Below, one piece after another: positions 29,535-39,701 of a stretch of 64,000 nucleotides of DNA (position 1 is its first letter; each line of letters opens with the position of its first letter). The stretch comes from Bdellovibrionota bacterium. Lineage in GTDB: Bacteria > Bdellovibrionota_G > JALEGL01 > DATDPG01. The translations under genes and the position numbers were made by a program. The stretch spans positions 2,656,001-2,720,000 of the forward strand of contig OY764265.1 of NCBI GenBank assembly GCA_963668355.1. Direction: 5' to 3'. A model generated the notes under the pieces. The model worked only from the letters and a program-made list of their open reading frames with translations. It did no database searches and had not been told where the DNA came from.

Positions 29535-29627
29535 TTAGGAGCCAATGCCAACGAGAATGGTGGCGAATCCAAGAAAGGTCACAAAAATCGCCCAAAGTTG
29601 GTTCCCCGTTAGGTAGGTCCGCGTCAT
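29535..29627 (-). CDS. Possible 30-aa single-TM small protein
   Basis: ATG...TAA ORF MTRTYLTGNQLWAIFVTFLGFATILVGIGS fills the gap, co-oriented with both neighbours; no clear RBS. Confidence 0.35.
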   Translation of the reverse strand: MTRTYLTGNQLWAIFVTFLGFATILVGIGS

Positions 29628-29684
29628 GTGCTGATGATGCCAGTTTCTCAAAAAGAAAAAAACTTAAAATGCCCTGAACCCACT

Positions 29685-30290
29685 CTATTTTTTATAGCGT
29701 TTCACCAAAGAATCGATATTCCAGTCCACTTTCAGCTGGACCGGTTGGCCGTAGTTCTCATAAGCCACGAAGCCCTTTTCAACCCCATGGTCAAAAAGTC
29801 TCTTGGTTACCTCCACGTCCTTCTTGCAGTACTCCCGAATCAAATCGAAACGCCCTTCTTTCACCCACCGAAGGGATTGAAGTCCATCAGCACTTTTGGC
29901 ATCTCCCAAGGTTGCGGCCACAAGAGAGTTTAGTTTTAGACGATGACCCAAAAGATTTTTGACCTCGACCAACATATCGAAGCTCGGAAGCTTGCTAAAG
30001 TTGGCTTCGGAATAACCCCTTAGAACTTCATAATCGAAACGAATGTGATTGAATCCGACAATTAAGTCAGCCTTTTGAAAGTGTGCGATCAGATCTTGGA
30101 CCTCTTTTTCCTCGTAGACATGGTATTGATCATCCGAACTATCGTATAGAACGCCACAGGCCATCCCCATATCTTTGATATTGGACCAGCCCCCGACTTC
30201 GTCAGCAGACCGAAGGGTCTCCAAATCGAAAACCAAAACGGTGGGAGTTGAATTTTTTGGGCCATCAAATAACGAAAATTGTTCACTCAT
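29685..30290 (-). CDS. Stand-alone RNase H-like DEDD 3'-5' exonuclease (YprB/RNase_H_2-like)
   Basis: FDLET, GFNHIRFD, YCKKD exo motifs; ATG 30290 overlaps upstream gene. Confidence 0.8.
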   Translation of the reverse strand: MSEQFSLFDGPKNSTPTVLVFDLETLRSADEVGGWSNIKDMGMACGVLYDSSDDQYHVYEEKEVQDLIAHFQKADLIVGFNHIRFDYEVLRGYSEANFSKLPSFDMLVEVKNLLGHRLKLNSLVAATLGDAKSADGLQSLRWVKEGRFDLIREYCKKDVEVTKRLFDHGVEKGFVAYENYGQPVQLKVDWNIDSLVKRYKK

Positions 30291-30789
30291 GAGTTCTCTT
30301 TTGCATCCTTTCCATACCTTCGACCGCACGCTCGTTGAACGCATCCAAACGAACCCCTTGAAGAAACGCGGCCCTGGCCAATGTTAGTTTATTTTGCTTT
30401 TCGAGGCTCTCCCCTTGGCGAGCGAAAGACTCCGCCTTCCAAGAAACGTCATGACCAAACAGCTCCCCGGCTCGAAAAAAAAGTTCCGATGATTGTTGGA
30501 ACCGACCGGTTTGAAACCGCGCAAGTCCTAAATAAAAATAAGCAAAGGGATTCTGAGCATCCAACTCGATAGCTTGTGTAATGAAGTGGGCTGCCCGTTC
30601 GATTTTTCCTCGATCCAACTCATTCCGTCCCTTCAGAACCAGTCTCATGGAAGCCGCCCGTGTCGGGGAAGTTTCCTTGGCGGCCAATTTTTCCAATGGA
30701 ACGGCCTCCGGTCGAACATCGGCTCTTTTGACACACCCCCACCCCATTGCGAAAGCCAGAGAAAGAATGATCCAACCTTTTATCTGCAT
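30283..30789 (-). CDS. TPR-repeat lipoprotein
   Basis: Lipobox-like WGC after hydrophobic stretch; AIELDAQNPFAYFYLG and similar TPR motifs; start overlaps mrcB end. Confidence 0.78.
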   Translation of the reverse strand: MQIKGWIILSLAFAMGWGCVKRADVRPEAVPLEKLAAKETSPTRAASMRLVLKGRNELDRGKIERAAHFITQAIELDAQNPFAYFYLGLARFQTGRFQQSSELFFRAGELFGHDVSWKAESFARQGESLEKQNKLTLARAAFLQGVRLDAFNERAVEGMERMQKRTHE

Positions 30790-33074
30790 GCCTTGGGTTC
30801 CGTACCTGGAAGATAGGCCTCTCGCAAGCTTTTCTCTCCCCGCTCCAAACATCCTTTTTCCCAATTCGCCCAACGAAAACTTAAGCCGGAAGGAGTTTCA
30901 AAGGAAAGCCTGCGAGACCGCTTTTTCATTTCTTTCTCAAAACGAATCCATATTTGAAGGGCACCAGAGGCTCCCGTCAATCCGGTTTCTTGATTTTCAT
31001 CCAACCCCACCCAGACGGTCGTCACATTCTCAGGAGTCAGCCCCACAAACCAACTATCACGGTAATCATCTGTCGTTCCCGTTTTCCCCGCAATCCCGGA
31101 GCCTTTTAGCCCGTGCCACCCAATGCTTCGAGCAGTCCCACGAGAAACCACGCCTTCCAGAATGGACAATACTTGATAGGCCGTTTGCGGGGTGAGCGCC
31201 CGAGTCACTTCCAAAGCTTTTTGTTCGATGGGTCGACCGTTCTGATCAATCACCGCTGTAATGGCTAAGGGTTCCGTCCAAAGGCCTTGGTTGACAAAGG
31301 CGGTATATGCTCGCAAGACCTCCAAAGGAGACATTTCAATCGCTCCCAAGGCCAAGGAAGGCTGTTGATCCCCCAAGTTAATTCCGAAGTCCTTCAAACC
31401 GTTTAACATGGGGTGCATCCCCACTTTGGTCAGAAGATTTACAACCGCTACATTTAAGGATCTTTCAATGGCGCGTCGAACGGTCACCTTCCCCCCATAA
31501 ACATCATCATAATTGGACGGGGCCCACTCTTTTCCCGAAAACATGAACGTGGTTGGTTCATCGTGCAAAAGCGTTGAGGGGGTTGCTACTGGCCACCGAC
31601 CTTTTTCTGGAGGTCTTAAAGCAATCGCTGCTACGAAAGGTTTCATCAACGAGCCCACCTGCCGACGAGCCTGTATGGCTCGATTGAACTGACTTTCTTC
31701 GTAGGATCTTCCCCCAATCAAAGCCTTCACATTCCCCGTTCGGGGATGAACGGAAACCATGGCAACCTGTAAAGGGAACTCCTCTCCAAGTTGGCTCTTC
31801 ATCTGGAGTTCCCTCAAGCCTTCTTTAGAAGCTTGTTCGGCGTACTTCTGAGCGATGGGATCTAAGGTTGTATGAATTTCATACCCTTCTTTTTCAAGGG
31901 AAACCGAAGAAAAACGTTTGGCCAAATCTCGCCGAACGTAATCCAAAAAATAAGGAGCTTGTCGTCGATCAGTTCGCCTACCCCTTGGTTTCAAGGTTTC
32001 TGCCAAGGCCCGTTGATACTCTTCTTCAGAGATTTTCTGAAACTCAAGCAGTTTGGCCAAAACCAATCGTTTCCTTTTTTCGGCATTCTCGGGACTTCGG
32101 TAGGGAGAATATCTTCCCGGCGACTGGATAAGCCCTGCAAGCAAGGCTTGCTCAGCCAACGTTAAATATTGAATGCGCTTGGAGAAATAAAATCGAGATG
32201 CCTCCCCAAATCCATGAATGGAAAAGGAACCCCGCTGACCCAAATAAATTTCGTTCAAATAGGCTTCGAGGATTTCATCCTTTGAATACAATGCCTCTGC
32301 AATCACCGTCATGATGGCTTCCTTGAACTTACGACGGAGGGTTCGTTCGGGGGTTAAAAAGAAATTCTTCATGAGTTGTTGCGTCAAGGTACTCCCACCC
32401 TGTTTGGCTCCCCCCGGAGTCAAATTGGAGAAAAAAGCCCGCGCAATCCCCCGAAAACTGATTCCATGATGATCGTAGAAGGCTCGATCTTCCATGACCA
32501 AGATACCATTCACCAAGCCCGAGGGAACTTCCTCCAGACGAATGAGGGAGCGGTCCTCTTTTTGGGAAGACGAAATATCGCCAATTCGTTCCGGCTCCAG
32601 AGTGGCCGTATAGGCCTCCTCCACCTTCTGCGTCTCTGGATTCCAGATTCCCAAAGAGGTGATGGATGCTTCTTCCAGACCCAAAACCAGCGTTTTTTCA
32701 ACATGCTCATTGGAGGCCACCCGAAAACTACGAACCCCCAACACAAATTGACCTCTCTTTTTAGTCCATTCTCCCGTTCGGGGCGGAAATTCTTCGGTTT
32801 TTAAATATCCAAGACGATCTAAATATTCGAGCAAGTCTCCTTCCAGAAGGGTTCCTCCTGGAAAGAGCAGCATTGGCGCAGCAAAAATTTTAGAGGCCAA
32901 ATCCCATTTTTGCCCTCCCATCTTTTGGGTTACCAAATGCGCAGAATGAATCGAAAACAAAACGACAAAAATCAAAAGCAAAGAGCCCGCAAACAAAAAG
33001 ACCCCTTGAAAAGATTTAAGTCGTTTTAGAAAATTCCACGTTTTCGAACCACGGTGCTTCCGACGATTCGCCAA
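30780..33074 (-). CDS. mrcB: Class A penicillin-binding protein PBP1B
   Basis: TM, UB2H-like region (L.RLGY), EDRAFYDH, GGSTLTQQ, RKFKE GT motifs; SLMK, SLN, KTG TP motifs. Confidence 0.9.
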   Translation of the reverse strand: MANRRKHRGSKTWNFLKRLKSFQGVFLFAGSLLLIFVVLFSIHSAHLVTQKMGGQKWDLASKIFAAPMLLFPGGTLLEGDLLEYLDRLGYLKTEEFPPRTGEWTKKRGQFVLGVRSFRVASNEHVEKTLVLGLEEASITSLGIWNPETQKVEEAYTATLEPERIGDISSSQKEDRSLIRLEEVPSGLVNGILVMEDRAFYDHHGISFRGIARAFFSNLTPGGAKQGGSTLTQQLMKNFFLTPERTLRRKFKEAIMTVIAEALYSKDEILEAYLNEIYLGQRGSFSIHGFGEASRFYFSKRIQYLTLAEQALLAGLIQSPGRYSPYRSPENAEKRKRLVLAKLLEFQKISEEEYQRALAETLKPRGRRTDRRQAPYFLDYVRRDLAKRFSSVSLEKEGYEIHTTLDPIAQKYAEQASKEGLRELQMKSQLGEEFPLQVAMVSVHPRTGNVKALIGGRSYEESQFNRAIQARRQVGSLMKPFVAAIALRPPEKGRWPVATPSTLLHDEPTTFMFSGKEWAPSNYDDVYGGKVTVRRAIERSLNVAVVNLLTKVGMHPMLNGLKDFGINLGDQQPSLALGAIEMSPLEVLRAYTAFVNQGLWTEPLAITAVIDQNGRPIEQKALEVTRALTPQTAYQVLSILEGVVSRGTARSIGWHGLKGSGIAGKTGTTDDYRDSWFVGLTPENVTTVWVGLDENQETGLTGASGALQIWIRFEKEMKKRSRRLSFETPSGLSFRWANWEKGCLERGEKSLREAYLPGTEPKACR

Positions 33075-33493
33075 CGCCCACTCCTTTTCTCAAAATGAAG
33101 ATGAAGCTCAGCGGCCCGAATGGGATTTCCAAAAAGCCGTTCTTTTCGCTCCCCTTCAATGCCATCAATTTTCATTTTCAACTTCGCCAAAGCTGTCATT
33201 CCTTTGATCTGAACCTCCAAAATATTCGTTTTGACTTCCAATCTCTCGAAGCGACCAAAAATCCTCTGAAGTCGGTTTTTAAGATTGGCTTTCGTGTTAT
33301 TCACATTGTCCGAATAATCTTCCGAAACGGCGTTAACAACGGAGTCATAACGAAGCTCTTCCATTCCAACCCGCATATCCTCAATCACGCCACGAATCGC
33401 CTGTTCGTCCGGATTCTTTGAGCAATTCAGGAACAAAAAACTGCTTCCAATAATCAAAGTCCAAGCCCAGATGTTCACCCATTTCTTTTTCAC
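33026..33493 (-). CDS. Putative lipoprotein, NTF2/SnoaL-like fold
   Basis: Lipobox LNC; SEDY and C-terminal K..G.WRIV pattern typical of NTF2-like domains. Confidence 0.62.
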   Translation of the reverse strand: MKKKWVNIWAWTLIIGSSFLFLNCSKNPDEQAIRGVIEDMRVGMEELRYDSVVNAVSEDYSDNVNNTKANLKNRLQRIFGRFERLEVKTNILEVQIKGMTALAKLKMKIDGIEGERKERLFGNPIRAAELHLHFEKRSGRWRIVGSTVVRKRGIF

Positions 33494-33660
33494 GGCACAG
33501 AAGCTTACACGGAGTGCAAAAAATTGCTCCCCCCCACGTTTCCCCTGAAATAATGTAAAATATTCAACCGGGGAAAAGATCTATCTATCTGTTTTTATTG
33601 TTTTTTTATTTCGGCTTTTGAGCCGAACTCCGAGTTACAACATTTTCCCCCGCCTTGGTT

Positions 33661-33756
33661 TGGCGGAAGTGCATGGGAATCGAACCCACCTGCATCGTTT
33701 GACGGACGCACAACGGTTTTGAAGACCGAGAGGGACGCCAGTCCCTTTCCACTTCC
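33661..33756 (-). tRNA. selC: tRNA-Sec (anticodon UCA)
   Basis: 96 nt: GGAAG...CTTCCGCCA ends, 6-bp D-stem AGGGAC/GTCCCT with 4-nt loop, CTTCAAA anticodon loop, long variable arm, GTGGG-TTCGATT-CCCAT T arm, encoded CCA. Confidence 0.93.
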
Positions 33757-33815
33757 ACGCCTTATCTGCCATGAATTCGATTTGCCATCAACCTTCCTTC
33801 TCTTCCAAGGGGGAC

Positions 33816-33844
33816 TTGCGAGATTTAGTCCAAGCCATTACTGT
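33816..33844 (+). promoter_or_regulatory. Possible sigma70 promoter
   Basis: TTGCGA-N17-TACTGT upstream of the AAGGAG RBS of the M20 peptidase gene. Confidence 0.4.
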
Positions 33845-33880
33845 GCCTCGGTCTGAGTACATCAGCAGAAGGAGACAAAT

Positions 33881-35248
33881 ATGACGCTATCTCACAAAGA
33901 TTTGGATGCCATCGTTGAAAAGCAAAGGAAGGATTTCATTGCGGACTATAAGAAACTCGTTGAGATCCCTTCGGTTAGCCCTGACCCAGCCCACAAAAAA
34001 GATGTCGAAAAGGTTTGTGAGATGGCCGCTGAGTACATTCAGCAAGCGGGAGGCACAGCCGAAATCATTTCTTCCAAAGGAAATCCTGCTGTATTTGGAC
34101 GCTTCGAGGTGGATCCCAATGCCCCCACCGTAGCGCTTTATGCTCACTTAGATGTTCAACCAGCGACCAAAGGCGAAGGTGGTTGGACACGAGATCCCTT
34201 TGACTTCGTGGAGGAGAAGGGTCGTTTCTATTCCCGTGGAACCACAGATGACAAAGGCCCCGCCTTAACAGCCTTCTGGGCGGCAAAAATCGCAAAAGAC
34301 ATGAACATTCCACTCAATATCGAGTTCATTTTCGAAACCGAAGAGGAAATTGGCAGTCCAAGCTTTCCCGAAATCATCGAGAAAATTAAACCGAAGATGA
34401 AAGCTTCTTCCGTCATCATTTCCGACACCATTTGGATTGCCCAAGGAAAGCCCGCCATCACAATCGGCCTAAGAGGGTTATGCGGACTTATGGTGAAATT
34501 GCGAACCAGCAGCAAAGATACGCATTCGGGAATGACGGGAGGCCCGGCCCGAAATCCCGTGGGGGAACTCTGTCAGGTCATCGCAAAATGTTATGACGCC
34601 AAGACGGGTGAAATCACCATTCCGGGATTTGCCGAGACATGGACGCCTCCTACACAAGAGCAAATCAATGAATTTGTGGAGGCCGGTTTTGACATTCCAA
34701 AATTTAAGGCGGCGCATGGCTTGGAGAAACTCCGCTATGATGATCCTGGCGTGGTGGCATCCAAAATTTATGCTTCTCCAACCTTCGAGGTACACGGAAT
34801 TGCAGGAGGTTACCAAGGGCCCGGAATCAAAACTGTGGTTCCCCCTGAGGCCGAAGCGAAAATTAGCTGCCGATTGATTCCCGGCCAAGATCCCGACCAA
34901 GTCTTTGAACTCGTTCAGAAATACATCAAGGAACTCTGTCCGGATTGCGAAATTGAAAAGGAGAATGTTCTCAAACCCTATGGGGCCAAGGTCGATCGAA
35001 AATACATCGAAGCCGTAAAAGATTCGATTGAGTTTGGATTTGGCAAGCGTCCTGCGGAAATGGTTGAGGGGGGCTCCATCGGGGCTGCCGTCACCATGGA
35101 TGAGATGCTAAACATTCCGGTGGTCTTCATGGGATTGAGCCTACCTACCGACAGCTATCACGGCCCCGACGAAAGCTTCGCATGGGAGCAGGTGTCAGGT
35201 GGGGTACGTTCCTTCGTGAAATACTTCGACCTTTTATCCAAGATGTAG
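33881..35248 (+). CDS. M20-family metallopeptidase/dipeptidase
   Basis: YAHLDVQP, RGTTDDKG, EEEIGS, HSG, GGSI, HGPDE. Confidence 0.92.
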   Translation: MTLSHKDLDAIVEKQRKDFIADYKKLVEIPSVSPDPAHKKDVEKVCEMAAEYIQQAGGTAEIISSKGNPAVFGRFEVDPNAPTVALYAHLDVQPATKGEGGWTRDPFDFVEEKGRFYSRGTTDDKGPALTAFWAAKIAKDMNIPLNIEFIFETEEEIGSPSFPEIIEKIKPKMKASSVIISDTIWIAQGKPAITIGLRGLCGLMVKLRTSSKDTHSGMTGGPARNPVGELCQVIAKCYDAKTGEITIPGFAETWTPPTQEQINEFVEAGFDIPKFKAAHGLEKLRYDDPGVVASKIYASPTFEVHGIAGGYQGPGIKTVVPPEAEAKISCRLIPGQDPDQVFELVQKYIKELCPDCEIEKENVLKPYGAKVDRKYIEAVKDSIEFGFGKRPAEMVEGGSIGAAVTMDEMLNIPVVFMGLSLPTDSYHGPDESFAWEQVSGGVRSFVKYFDLLSKM

Positions 35249-35262
35249 TTTGAGGTGACCTC

Positions 35263-36276
35263 ATGAGTGCCGAAGTTTCGTTTGATCAATACATGCATCC
35301 CCTTCCCACAGCTTTGTCTGCAGAAGAAAAGGAAGAGCAAGACCATTTGGTCGCGGAAATTCAAACGCTTAAAAAAGAAAAGAATGCACTCATTTTAAGC
35401 CACAATTACCAACTTCCCGAAATTCATCGGGTTACGGACATTGCAGGGGATTCATATGGTTTGGCCGTCGCTGCAAAGAAATCGAAGGCCGACATCATCG
35501 TGTTTTGCGGAGTTCGATTCATGGCGGAAACCGCCCATATGTTGAATCCGGATAAGAAAGTGCTTCTCCCCGAAGAAATGGCCGGTTGTGCCCTGGCAGA
35601 TGAGATCACGGCTGATCAAGTCCGACAATGGAAGCAGAACAATCCGGACGCACAAGTCGTCATGTACATCAATTCCTCGGCCGACGTAAAAGCCGAAGTG
35701 GATGCCATATGCACCAGTTCAAATGCCTTGCACATTGTGGATTCGATGGAGAGCGACACAATCCTTTTTGGCCCGGATGCAAACCTGGCCCATGTCGTCA
35801 TGCAAAAAACGAAGAAAAAAGTCTTTCCCTGGTCAGGATGCTGCCCCGTTCACAAGGCAGTGACCAAAGAAATGCTCGAAGGAACGCTTTCGCTTCATCC
35901 AGACGCTGTCGTGCTTGTTCATCCCGAGTGCAATCCGGACGTCATCGAGTTGGCCGATGAGGTTTTAAGCACCAGTCAAATGTTGGATGTTCTGGCCAAG
36001 CGTCCAGAGAAAAAATTTGTCATCGGGACTGAAATTGGACTCATCCAACAAGCGCAAAAGCAATTTCCCGAAAAAGAGATCCACCCCATTTACCAGCATA
36101 AAAGTTGCGATGAAAGTTGCGCGTGTCCCTATATGAAAATTACCAATCTAAAAAGTGTCAAACGCTCTTTGGAAACCGAAACGCATTTGATTACGTTGCC
36201 CGAAGACGTTCGACAGAAAGCCCTCAAGTCCGTTGAGAAAATGTTAGAACTGGGGCTTCCCAAAACAAACTCTTAA
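35263..36276 (+). CDS. nadA: Quinolinate synthase
   Basis: HNYQ, GDS, FCGVRFMAE, AGC, YINS, CTSSNA, HPEC, GTE, CPYM. Confidence 0.96.
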   Translation: MSAEVSFDQYMHPLPTALSAEEKEEQDHLVAEIQTLKKEKNALILSHNYQLPEIHRVTDIAGDSYGLAVAAKKSKADIIVFCGVRFMAETAHMLNPDKKVLLPEEMAGCALADEITADQVRQWKQNNPDAQVVMYINSSADVKAEVDAICTSSNALHIVDSMESDTILFGPDANLAHVVMQKTKKKVFPWSGCCPVHKAVTKEMLEGTLSLHPDAVVLVHPECNPDVIELADEVLSTSQMLDVLAKRPEKKFVIGTEIGLIQQAQKQFPEKEIHPIYQHKSCDESCACPYMKITNLKSVKRSLETETHLITLPEDVRQKALKSVEKMLELGLPKTNS

Positions 36277-36315
36277 AGGCCCCGCAAAGGTCAATCGACC
36301 TTCGCGGGCACCTTT
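36275..36315. terminator. Hairpin between convergent genes, probable terminator
   Basis: AAAGGCCCCGCAAAGGTC-AATC-GACCTTCGCGGGCACCTTT imperfect stem. Confidence 0.6.
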
Positions 36316-36331
36316 GGTTTGAACAACAAAC

Positions 36332-37558
36332 TCAGAGATTATCTAAGAATTCCGAATCAAAATCAGATTCTTCGGTTCCCCCTGCAGAAAGGAAGTCTTC
36401 TGAAGTGATGTCATCTTCATACGCATCGCACCCCCAACCACCTTCCGGTGAAAGCGAAGAAGATTTCACAATTTTGGAGTCCACATTATTAAACTCATCC
36501 GGGCCTCCGTTTCCGTAAGCTACTCCAAAGTCTTCCCGTGTCGCTTCCGCGCTCACACAGTAATAATTGATTTCCGCATCTTCGTAAGTGGACTCTCCTT
36601 CCCACTCTTTGATTTTGAATAGGAAATACTCTCCTTCGCCTTGAGACACACCAACCCCAACGAAAGCCATATTGTATCCGCCCTCGTTGCCCACATTTTG
36701 TTTCAAATATTTTGCCGTGAAACTGTGAGTTTCAGGGTCTCCCGTGATCTGCCATTGAGGCAAGAAACCTTGCTCTGTCCACATGGCCACTTCCATCGTC
36801 AAATCACTCGTGGACTCATCATACTCCGCGACATACAGAGCCCTTTCATGCGCTCCGCCTTGCTCGTTTTCCCACATATTTCCAACCAAGAGATTGGTCA
36901 CATCCCCATCGACTTGCCAAGCAAGATGAAGGGATCCGTCCTGTCCTCCTCCGCTCCCAATTTCCACCGTTCGATAATATTGATACTCGGCATCGTTTAG
37001 CAGAGTGAAGTGGGTGTATGGCATGGGGTCGAAAGCGTGAAGGGTCGTGAACTCACTTCGCGCTTCCAATTCCGACGCATAGGAATCTCCTTGCACATCC
37101 GCCGTTTGAGATCCGGCATCTTCGCCCGTCAAGGTTCCCGCCATGATTTCCAATAAATCGAGTTCATTTTGAAGGTTCTCCACGCCCCAAGCGGAGGCAT
37201 TAAAATCCGGCTCATCATCATCGTTTTCATCCAAATCGATGTCCGGGTAATCTTGCAATGTCGGATCATCATTCGCATCGGCCAGAACCCGATACAATTG
37301 ATACGCAATATTCCCTTGTTCGACATTATTGCAGGTCCAATCGTCTTCGCAGGTGGTGATCTCATCTTGCGTCCTCAATCGATTGTTCAATAACCCCTCA
37401 ATCGCCGAGTCCACCACCGGAACCACATCGGATGACAATTCCGCGAAATTTGCTTGAACCGCATCCGTATTTAAAGACTCATCCTCCCCACCACACGACA
37501 CGAGAAACAACGGAATGCATAACAAAGAAACAAAAGATAGATACGAAAGCGACTTCAT
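36332..37558 (-). CDS. Hypothetical highly acidic lipoprotein
   Basis: GGGAGG RBS; lipobox LVSC-GG; Asp/Glu-rich; no family recognised. Confidence 0.75.
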   Translation of the reverse strand: MKSLSYLSFVSLLCIPLFLVSCGGEDESLNTDAVQANFAELSSDVVPVVDSAIEGLLNNRLRTQDEITTCEDDWTCNNVEQGNIAYQLYRVLADANDDPTLQDYPDIDLDENDDDEPDFNASAWGVENLQNELDLLEIMAGTLTGEDAGSQTADVQGDSYASELEARSEFTTLHAFDPMPYTHFTLLNDAEYQYYRTVEIGSGGGQDGSLHLAWQVDGDVTNLLVGNMWENEQGGAHERALYVAEYDESTSDLTMEVAMWTEQGFLPQWQITGDPETHSFTAKYLKQNVGNEGGYNMAFVGVGVSQGEGEYFLFKIKEWEGESTYEDAEINYYCVSAEATREDFGVAYGNGGPDEFNNVDSKIVKSSSLSPEGGWGCDAYEDDITSEDFLSAGGTEESDFDSEFLDNL

Positions 37559-37676
37559 AGATCCTCCCGAAGAAAAAAGTTTAACCTGAATGATTATCCC
37601 TCCTTGGGCTTATTTCGCAAAGATTCAAATCTGGACTTGCACGCAACGCGTCCTTTTTTGGCTTTGATTTTGCTTT

Positions 37677-39185
37677 TTAAAAATCTCGCAAAGGAAGAGA
37701 CGGGGTTGGTTCAAAACTCCATAATTTTCCGGGGTTGAATCGATCTTCGGGATCCAAGGCATCTTTGACGTCTTTAAACAGCGGAAGCAAACTCTCCCAT
37801 TGCTGACGAAAATACTTACGCCGCAATAGCCCATCGCCATGTTCACCGGAAATGGATCCGCCCATGGAAAGTGCCAAAGCGTATACGCGATCCATGAGAG
37901 TGGTGATTCGCTCTTCCAGGCCTGGACTTAGAATGTCGATCATCGGATTGGTGTGCAGATGTCCATCTCCCACATGGCCAAAAATGGCGCCCTCGCAATC
38001 GTTTTCCTTCAAGATCGTTCGAAGGGAAACGACGTATTCCTCCAAGCGATTTGGAGGGACTACAATATCCTCAATGCACCGAAGCGGCTTCCGACCTTTT
38101 TCCTCGGCTTCCTCATGCAAGGCCTTCGATGCTTCACTCCTCAAATCCCACAAAATTTTCTGCGAAGTCTCTCCCGACAAGAGGGTTCCATTAAAATCCG
38201 GAAAATCATCGGGGAGCTCATTTTCCCACTCCACCCAAAGCGAAGCGGACGCATTCGTGAGCCCCAATTCCTGGACCTTCGAAGCATCCACCTTTCGTAA
38301 AGCTCCCAAAATGAAAGAATCCACCAACTCTATGGCCACGGGATCTTGCTTTCGAATGTACGGGAGTACCTCCAACGCTTTTTCAATCGTGGAAAAGGAA
38401 TACACGCGCGTAAAACGTCTGGAAGGAAGCGGAGCAATTTTCAAACGGGCTTCAACCACCAAACCCAGCGTTCCTTCGGAGCCCACCATCAAACCCGTGA
38501 AAGAAGGAGGAAACTCTTGGAGGGCAGCTAAATGATATCCGCTGGAGTTCTTTCGAAGACCCTTTAAAGGTTGCATCTCTGGAGACCATCCTTTTCGAAC
38601 CTTTTGGACCAACTCCGGAAACCAAGATTCCATTTCCGAAGTCCAAACAACCCTTCCATCCGCAAGAACAACTTTGAGATCCAAGACATGTTCTCGTGTG
38701 GATCCATAACGAAAGCACTTCGGGCCTGAGGCGTTCGTCGCAATCATACCTCCAATCGCACATTTGGCTCGACTCGAGGGATCCGGCAAAAATCGTGTTT
38801 GGTGTTTCTTTAGAACCTCATTCAGTTTATTTAAAAGAACGCCCGGTTGAACTCGGGCTTCACTTCGAGAGACTTCCAAAACCTGATTCATATGTTTCGA
38901 AAAATCCAGAATGATGCCCTCGCCGATCGCTTGTCCGGCCACGCCGCTTCCCCCGCCTCGCGCAGTGATTGAAATGCCCCGCTCTTTCGCCCAAATTACG
39001 CATTGAACCACGTCTTTTTCGTCCCGTGGCTGGACCACCGCCAAAGGAATTTCCGTTAAAATTGACTCATCTCTGGCGTACTCTGAAACTTGATCGGAGT
39101 ACGGAAAGACTTCACCGGAAATGAGTTGCGAGAGCTTGGCAAAAGCGTCGGACTTAAGAGGCTTTTTGTTGATTCTTTTTGACAA
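37677..39185 (-). CDS. FAD-linked oxidase, GlcD/D-lactate dehydrogenase family
   Basis: [48 protein letters not shown]; no fused Fe-S domain. Confidence 0.9.
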   Translation of the reverse strand: MSKRINKKPLKSDAFAKLSQLISGEVFPYSDQVSEYARDESILTEIPLAVVQPRDEKDVVQCVIWAKERGISITARGGGSGVAGQAIGEGIILDFSKHMNQVLEVSRSEARVQPGVLLNKLNEVLKKHQTRFLPDPSSRAKCAIGGMIATNASGPKCFRYGSTREHVLDLKVVLADGRVVWTSEMESWFPELVQKVRKGWSPEMQPLKGLRKNSSGYHLAALQEFPPSFTGLMVGSEGTLGLVVEARLKIAPLPSRRFTRVYSFSTIEKALEVLPYIRKQDPVAIELVDSFILGALRKVDASKVQELGLTNASASLWVEWENELPDDFPDFNGTLLSGETSQKILWDLRSEASKALHEEAEEKGRKPLRCIEDIVVPPNRLEEYVVSLRTILKENDCEGAIFGHVGDGHLHTNPMIDILSPGLEERITTLMDRVYALALSMGGSISGEHGDGLLRRKYFRQQWESLLPLFKDVKDALDPEDRFNPGKLWSFEPTPSLPLRDF

Positions 39186-39654
39186 GAAACTTCTCGTTTT
39201 GAATTTTCTTCTGCAAAACCAAAAGAGCTTCCGTCAAGGCTTCGGGTCTGGGAGGACAACCGGGAACGTATACATCTACGGGCACAATTTTATCCACGCC
39301 CTTCATGACGGAATAACTTAACGAGAACAATCCTCCACAGGTCGCACAACTCCCCATGGAAATTACATATTTGGGATCAGGCATTTGAGCATAAAGTCGT
39401 TTTACGCGTTCACCCATTTTGTACGTAAGGGTTCCGGCGACGATCATGATATCCGATTGTCTTGGAGTCGCCCTGGGGATGGCTCCAAATCGATCCACAT
39501 CCGATCTCGGGCCTCCCGTTTGCATCAATTCAATGGCGCAGCACGCCAAGCCAAACAACAGGTACCACTCAGAATTTCCGCGCGCCCAGTTGATGAGATC
39601 ATCCACCTTGGCCGTCAGGATCGTATCGCTCATTTCTCCATTTACATTGAACAT
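39154..39654 (-). CDS. nuoB: NADH-quinone oxidoreductase subunit B (stand-alone copy)
   Basis: [27 protein letters not shown]. Confidence 0.92.
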   Translation of the reverse strand: MFNVNGEMSDTILTAKVDDLINWARGNSEWYLLFGLACCAIELMQTGGPRSDVDRFGAIPRATPRQSDIMIVAGTLTYKMGERVKRLYAQMPDPKYVISMGSCATCGGLFSLSYSVMKGVDKIVPVDVYVPGCPPRPEALTEALLVLQKKIQNEKFLVKKNQQKAS

Positions 39655-39701
39655 GGTTGCGGGGTTTTACATCATTTCCATCCAGGTGACTAGATGGGGG
39701 G

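Noticed and set aside
29685..30789. Split MrfB (exonuclease + TPR)
   Set aside because: The TPR protein has a lipoprotein signal, so it is likely extracytoplasmic and tied to mrcB.
33494..33660. Integrated element at the selC 3' end
   Set aside because: AT-rich with small hairpins, but no integrase or duplicated tRNA end seen; housekeeping genes follow.
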